Under the pieces are notes generated by a model, which did no database searches, had not been told where the DNA came from, and saw only the letters and a program-made list of their open reading frames with translations. 64,000 nt of DNA from Spirochaetia bacterium (GTDB lineage: Bacteria > Spirochaetota > Spirochaetia > SZUA-6 > Bin103). Positions 59,415 through 64,000 of the stretch are shown in pieces. Within the stretch, counting starts at the first letter, position 1, and every line of letters starts with the position of its first letter. Made by a program: the position numbers and the translations under genes. Where the stretch lies: the NCBI GenBank assembly GCA_965262935.1, contig OZ253572.1:6846445-6910444 (forward strand), given 5' to 3'.

Positions 59415-60722
59415 GGGCTCTCGCCAAAATAATATGTTCTTTAGGTGAAGTGTGATATAGTGACGCTTCGTGATGGATGTCGCCCTGACCGAAACCGTCA
59501 AGGCCAAGTTCGTTGCCCTTGACCCGTTGTTCGACGAACGCTTGCGACGCCGCTGGGCGGCAGTCGAAGCACGCGGTATCGGGCGTGGCGGGATAGCCCG
59601 CGTAGCCGCAGCCACCGGTATGTCGCGGACGACCATTCGCGCCGGTCTGAAAGAGCTCGCTGCCAAGCAAGCGGCAGAGGCAGAACCCGAGACAGTGCGC
59701 GTGCGCCGGCCGGGGGCGGGACGCAAGCGATTGACCGCGCACGACCGGACCCTGGCGCAAGCGCTGGAGCGGTTGGTCGATCCGGTCACCCGCGGCGATC
59801 CGATGGGGCCGTTGCTGTGGACCTGCAGCAGCGCGGCGCGGTTGGCGACGGAACTGACGGCGGTCGGTCACGCGGTGAGCGAACGGACGGTGAACCGACT
59901 GTTACACGAGTTGGGCTACAGCCTGCAAGCCAACCGCAAGACGCTGGAAGGCAAGCAGCATGCGGACCGCGACGAGCAGTTCAAACGCATCAACCGGCGG
60001 GTGCGAGCGTTTCAGCGTCTGGGGCAGCCGGTAGTGTCTGTGGACACAAAGAAAAAGGAGTTGATCGGGCAATTTCGCAACGGCGGTCGAGAGTGGCGTC
60101 CGCAGGGCGACCCGGAGCGGGTCAAGGTGCACGATTTCATCGACCGGGAACTCGGCAAGGCGATTCCGTATGGGGTCTATGACGTGACCCGTGACAGCGG
60201 CTGGGTGAGTGTGGGGGAGGATCATGACACGCCGGCGTTCGCGGTGGAGACGCTGCGGAGGTGGTGGCGCCGGATGGGCAGGGCGGCGTATCCGGCGGCC
60301 AAGCGGCTGCTGATCACGGCCGACGGGGGTGGTTCCAACAGCAGTCGCAGTCGGCTGTGGAAGGCGGAGTTGCAGAAGTTCGCGGACGCGAGCGGGCTGT
60401 GCATCTCGGTGTGTCACTTTCCGCCGGGGACGAGCAAGTGGAACAAGATCGAGCACCGGATGTTCTGCCACATCGCGGAGAACTGGAGAGGGCGGCCGTT
60501 GGTGAGTCGAGAGGCGGTGGTGAATTTGATCGGGCACACGACGACGACAGAAGGATTGACGATCCGCTCGGAGTTGGACGAGAACAGCTATCCGACGGGA
60601 CAAACGGTGAGCGACGAGGAGATGGACAGGCTGAACCTGACGAGGGACAAATTTCACGGGGAATGGAACTACAAACTGACCCCGCGACACCGGTAACAGA
60701 CAGTTTATTTTGGCGAGACGCC
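59415..60722 (+). mobile_element. ISAzo13-family insertion sequence (about 1.3 kb) with terminal inverted repeats
   Basis: IRL GGCTCTCGCCAAAATAA at 59415..59431 and IRR TTATTTTGGCGAGACGCC at 60705..60722 (16/17 matching after reverse complement). A single transposase ORF lies inside. TAA flanks both ends, a possible 3-bp target duplication. Confidence 0.75.
59470..60696 (+). CDS. ISAzo13-family (Rhodopirellula-type DDE) transposase
   Basis: Full-length 408-aa ORF with the family-typical segments VSVDTKKKELIG, ITADGGGSN, HFPPGTSKWNKIEHRMF. Confidence 0.85.
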   Translation: MMDVALTETVKAKFVALDPLFDERLRRRWAAVEARGIGRGGIARVAAATGMSRTTIRAGLKELAAKQAAEAEPETVRVRRPGAGRKRLTAHDRTLAQALERLVDPVTRGDPMGPLLWTCSSAARLATELTAVGHAVSERTVNRLLHELGYSLQANRKTLEGKQHADRDEQFKRINRRVRAFQRLGQPVVSVDTKKKELIGQFRNGGREWRPQGDPERVKVHDFIDRELGKAIPYGVYDVTRDSGWVSVGEDHDTPAFAVETLRRWWRRMGRAAYPAAKRLLITADGGGSNSSRSRLWKAELQKFADASGLCISVCHFPPGTSKWNKIEHRMFCHIAENWRGRPLVSREAVVNLIGHTTTTEGLTIRSELDENSYPTGQTVSDEEMDRLNLTRDKFHGEWNYKLTPRHR

Positions 60723-61343
60723 TAACCTCGCGGGACCTGTTCGGACGCCGTCACACTGTCGACACCAGCCACAATCCGGTGTGGCGCGCGTGCACACAAT
60801 CCGAAGCCCGACCGCAGTCGGCTCTCGGCTTCGGTGTGCGCGCTGTAGGACACCGGTCGGCCAGAGCGACGACGCGAGTGGTTTCGCCGACCTCCCTCCA
60901 GCGGCGCACCAGAAGAACCGGCGTATGTGATCGAGCGAATGAGTTGCTCTGCCCCGTGCGCTTCAACCCCACAGGCGCCGCTGCGGCCCCTGCGTAGCCC
61001 TCTTGCCACCCCGCGCCAGCACACCACCGCCCGGTGCGGAAGCCCCCTGACGGGCGTCGCAACCGGCCTCCTGCTCAATCCGCACCGCCCGCGCGGCCCC
61101 GACTCACGCCCCATCAGCAGGCAGCCGGCGCCCCCTCAAGTAGACGGCACCGATTCCAGTTGAGCTCCCGCTAGCGCGCCACGACCGTCGTTCTCCTTCG
61201 GACATCCTTGCGACAGATCGATAAGCCGTGGGATCCTATAGCTACGATGCAACTGTCGAATCAAGGCTTGATCGAGACGGGTTGACCAAGTCGAATCTTA
61301 GCGCCAAGAATGAAACGCAACTGAGGAGGTTCGGAGCCATACA

Positions 61344-61850
61344 ATGCCAAAATCACCCACCGGCGGCACCCGTGCCATATTGAACATTCCAAGAGCCGAG
61401 AAGCTAAGACGTTTGTCTGCAATGGACGAGAGCGAATTTCGTGACCGCATAGTTCGTCCTCTATTCTTTGCGCGAGGATACAAAGACGGTCGCGATTTGC
61501 ACGGAACCCATGATGAAGGTAAGGACATTCTCTTCGAAGAGAACGATAAACTCGGCGAAATGAAGATTATATGTGTGCAAACTAAGAAGGGCAATATCAA
61601 CCTTTCTGCTGCACCCGCCCGGAACATCGAGACCGCAATAACCCAGCTACGTACAGCGTTGAATAGCCGCATCACGCGCCTTGAGGACCGGCAAAGATAC
61701 TACCCCGATGACGTCTTTCTCTGCGCGAGTGGAAAAATCAACACTCCTGCTCGAAATCATATTGCTGAGGAAGGATGGGCGATCAGTCGGCCACCCACAT
61801 CCAGGTGGGTCTTGCCGGCGGGCCCCAGATGGTCAAGTTTGACCGCGACG
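61344..61850 (+). pseudogene. Mrr-cat/restriction-endonuclease-like domain gene, 3'-truncated at the repeat B2 junction
   Basis: FRDRIVRPLFFARGYKDGRDLHGTHDEGKDILFEE ... ICVQTKK resembles the PD-(D/E)xK core of Mrr-cat (D...D/E.K). The reading frame runs into the duplicated FG-GAP 3' end. Confidence 0.4.
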
Positions 61851-62236
61851 AATGCGCCGACCTTGTGGTGTCGGGCTCCCGCCAATGATTATCCGTTCGC
61901 CTACCGCCGCGTCGGCGACGGCTTCAAGCTCCAGGACCGCCCCCTCACGACCAACAACGGCTACGCCGCAGACGTCAACGGCGACGGTGCGGTCGACTTC
62001 GTGTCGCTGCCGGGCGGCACCGACGTCGAGGTGTTGCTGAACCGGCAGTAGCGGGCCAGCACGCACAGCGTGTTGACGTTATTGACAGGGTGTGGAGAGA
62101 TTGTACGTGCGTCCACGGTCGCTAGGGCATTTACGGCTGGGGCGTGGCCTCACTGGAGTTCGTGCAGACGCTCGTTGAGTAGTCTGGCGAGCTCTTTACA
62201 TTTCTGAGCCGCCACATTCGCGGCGGCCATGTAGGT
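61846..62236. repeat. direct repeat B2 (degraded duplicate of the FG-GAP gene 3' end plus downstream region)
   Basis: See 33587..33975. It includes a 1-nt insertion that breaks the frame. Confidence 0.85.
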
Positions 62237-62418
62237 GTCTTGCCTGTACCGATGATTACCGCAAGGGGAGGAAGCCCGAAGGCAACCAGCAATACTACTC
62301 CAACAATATCTAAAACCAATCCAATAGTGGTAATCGTCATTGCTCTCAAACCATTCAAACAAGCCCGGACTAGTCACAACCGACTGGTCCAGGGGTTTTC
62401 GTCCTACCTCTTTCGGAA

Positions 62419-62910
62419 TTAGAAATCTAAGAATCCGCAAGCGTACCCGACAGGAACGAATGCCCACAGAAAACCCCCCACGTTGAAAGAGAAAGTGTAC
62501 CCTACAGGAACCTTCACAAGAAATCTCTTTCCCTTGTTAGGGTCCTCCATATCAACAAAACGCTCGATCAAAGACTCTATTTCATCCTTGGGAACAAACG
62601 CGAACGTGCGGTTCGTGGACCGAATCCACACATAATGCTCAGGAGGATCATCGTCTATCCTGATACGAACTTCTACGTTCTGTTCGTGAAATTCCCCGAC
62701 CAAGGATTTCACGAACACTTCTATCTCGTCGCGCCAACATCGAACGTATAGAATAGCCTGATGATTCTCTTCATACAAGGTGGCAGAAGTGATGATTGAA
62801 TCGTCAATCTCCTCTCTCCTCTCGGTAACAGACCAACCACCAAACACCGATTCAGCCGCCGCGGTAATCGCTATCAGCAGAACTACCAATCCGATGAAGG
62901 TGGCTTTCAT
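62419..62910 (-). CDS. hypothetical secreted protein (about 163 aa), low-GC
   Basis: Signal peptide MKATFIGLVVLLIAITAAAES. No motif. Confidence 0.45.
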   Translation of the reverse strand: MKATFIGLVVLLIAITAAAESVFGGWSVTERREEIDDSIITSATLYEENHQAILYVRCWRDEIEVFVKSLVGEFHEQNVEVRIRIDDDPPEHYVWIRSTNRTFAFVPKDEIESLIERFVDMEDPNKGKRFLVKVPVGYTFSFNVGGFLWAFVPVGYACGFLDF

Positions 62911-63220
62911 GGAGCAGAGATACACCAAGGTTTCCTCTTTCAAAATTCGCTACTCAAACGGATTTCCGCAATCCTCAACGTCGAGAAGATTCCTGCCCGG
63001 TTTGATTCTACGCAATCGCGGAACTTTTTGACCTTCTTTTCGAGATCGGTTCCTACCCTAATGGCAAACAGAGGAACATGAAAATCCGTCTGCATCCAGA
63101 ACCTATCCTCCGAATGCTATGGGTGGCCCCGAATCGATTGGACAGGTAGACGGGTAGTATAGAGTGCATTCCGTTGGCTATCAACCCGCCCCCTCCTGGT
63201 CGAGATGACCAAGCGGCGGG

Positions 63221-63400
63221 GAAGGGGGTAGGGTCCAGGGAAGGGGGTAGGGTCCAGGGAAGGGGGTAGGGTCCAGGGAAGGGGGTAGGGTCCAGGGAAG
63301 GGGGTAGGGTCCAGGGAAGGGGGTAGGGTCCAGGGAAGGGGGTAGGGTCCAGGGAAGGGGGTAGGGTCCAGGGAAGGGGGTAGGGTCCAGGGAAGGGGGT
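63221..63400. repeat. 20-bp minisatellite, 9 perfect copies of GAAGGGGGTAGGGTCCAGGG
   Basis: Perfect tandem array. The unit length is not a multiple of 3, so overlapping ORFs (PLPWTLPPSLDPTPFPGPYP periodicity) are probably artefacts. Confidence 0.9.
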
Positions 63401-63850
63401 GAACGAGCCTGTGGATATGTGGCCCCTCACGCGCCACGTGCCGGACGTTTCTCGCGGAGCAATCGTCGTCCGAGCCACCGATATAGGAGAGGCGGCGCTC
63501 TCGACGGTGAAGATCCCTGGGCGGTCGGGACAGACAACTCGGAGACACAGGCATCATGGGCTGGTCACGATGGTCCCGTTGCTTCCTACCGCCACGAAGC
63601 GCCCGTTGCCCCAAGTTACGTCCTTTAAGTTTAAGCGGTCGACGGTGGCAATACCAGTGGCCCGCACCCAGTGGTCGCCGTCGGGGCTGTACATGATCGT
63701 GCCGTCGAAGTAGCTGACTGGCACGAGCCGTTCGCCGCTCCACGCGAGGGCCTTGAACTGCTCGTCGGCGAGGTGACCGTGATCGGCGGCCAGCTCCCCA
63801 GCGGTCGCCGTCGCCGCTGCGCACCACCGGGGTTCTCGTCGGCCTACCAG

Positions 63851-64000
63851 ATGGACGAAAACCTCAAGACGAACCGCAACCGAGGCGAGCTGTGGCGGTA
63901 CGACGGCGCCGAACTGGTAGACCTCGACCGCGATGGTGACCTCGACCTGGTGCTGGGCCAGATCCGCGACACCCACCCAACCCACCTTAACCAGCACTCC
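63851..64000 (+). CDS. FG-GAP/VCBS-repeat protein, N-terminal part (runs off window end)
   Basis: MDENLKTNRNRGELWRYDGAELVDLDRDGDLDLVLGQIRD contains an FG-GAP-type DxDxDGxxD loop. Partial. Confidence 0.3.
   Translation, partial: MDENLKTNRNRGELWRYDGAELVDLDRDGDLDLVLGQIRDTHPTHLNQHS

Noticed and set aside
59095-59871. 258-aa minus-strand ORF
   Set aside because: It spans the left inverted repeat of the ISAzo13 element and is antisense to the transposase start, which makes it an artefact.
63554-63997. 147-aa minus-strand ORF with BNR/Ycf48-like GTIMYSPDGDHW and GSNGTIVTSP motifs
   Set aside because: It conflicts with a plus-strand FG-GAP-like partial gene over 63851..64000, and its N-terminal half runs through high-GC junction DNA next to the minisatellite. 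Only the 63554..63700 part looks protein-like, so it may be a gene fragment, but the evidence is insufficient to call it.

Overview
This is a high-GC (about 65-70%) bacterial chromosomal segment. The first ~20 kb carry recognisable core genes on both strands (HtrA-like protease, a frameshifted M48 peptidase, a tRNA with anticodon CAT, cytidylate-kinase-like protein, SRPBCC-epimerase fusion, ftsK, uppP, rsmG), interrupted by short low-GC islets. From ~20 kb to the end the window is a heavily rearranged accessory region dominated by defence and mobile-element content. It holds a type IV Mrr restriction enzyme, a type III R-M operon in res-mod order with a low-GC specificity region inside mod, and a CBASS type II-short operon (patatin, CD-NTase, E2-like with a SEC-C motif). 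It also holds HicAB and VapBC pairs, a DUF433/DUF5615 pair, an OLD-family ATPase paired with a T5orf172 GIY-YIG protein, an NERD-like SF1 helicase with a small partner, and a minimal nucleotidyltransferase with a 315-aa partner. There is one intact ISAzo13-family IS with terminal inverted repeats, an IS1595 transposase fragment, and three tyrosine-recombinase 3' remnants. Two independent pairs of long direct repeats are interleaved about 30 kb apart: a dihydroorotase-like amidohydrolase gene at 19-20 kb and 50.2-51.2 kb, and the 3' end of an FG-GAP secreted protein gene at 33.6-34.0 kb and 61.8-62.2 kb. A repeated ~250 bp HNH-endonuclease-derived element follows the first copy of each pair. 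The window also carries three secreted pentapeptide-repeat paralogues and a protein built from fourteen 63-bp tandem repeats. Several genes are frameshifted (M48 peptidase, DUF1295, amidohydrolase copy B), so real decay and sequencing or assembly errors cannot be told apart from sequence alone. All calls rest on reading the translations by eye; no database search was run.
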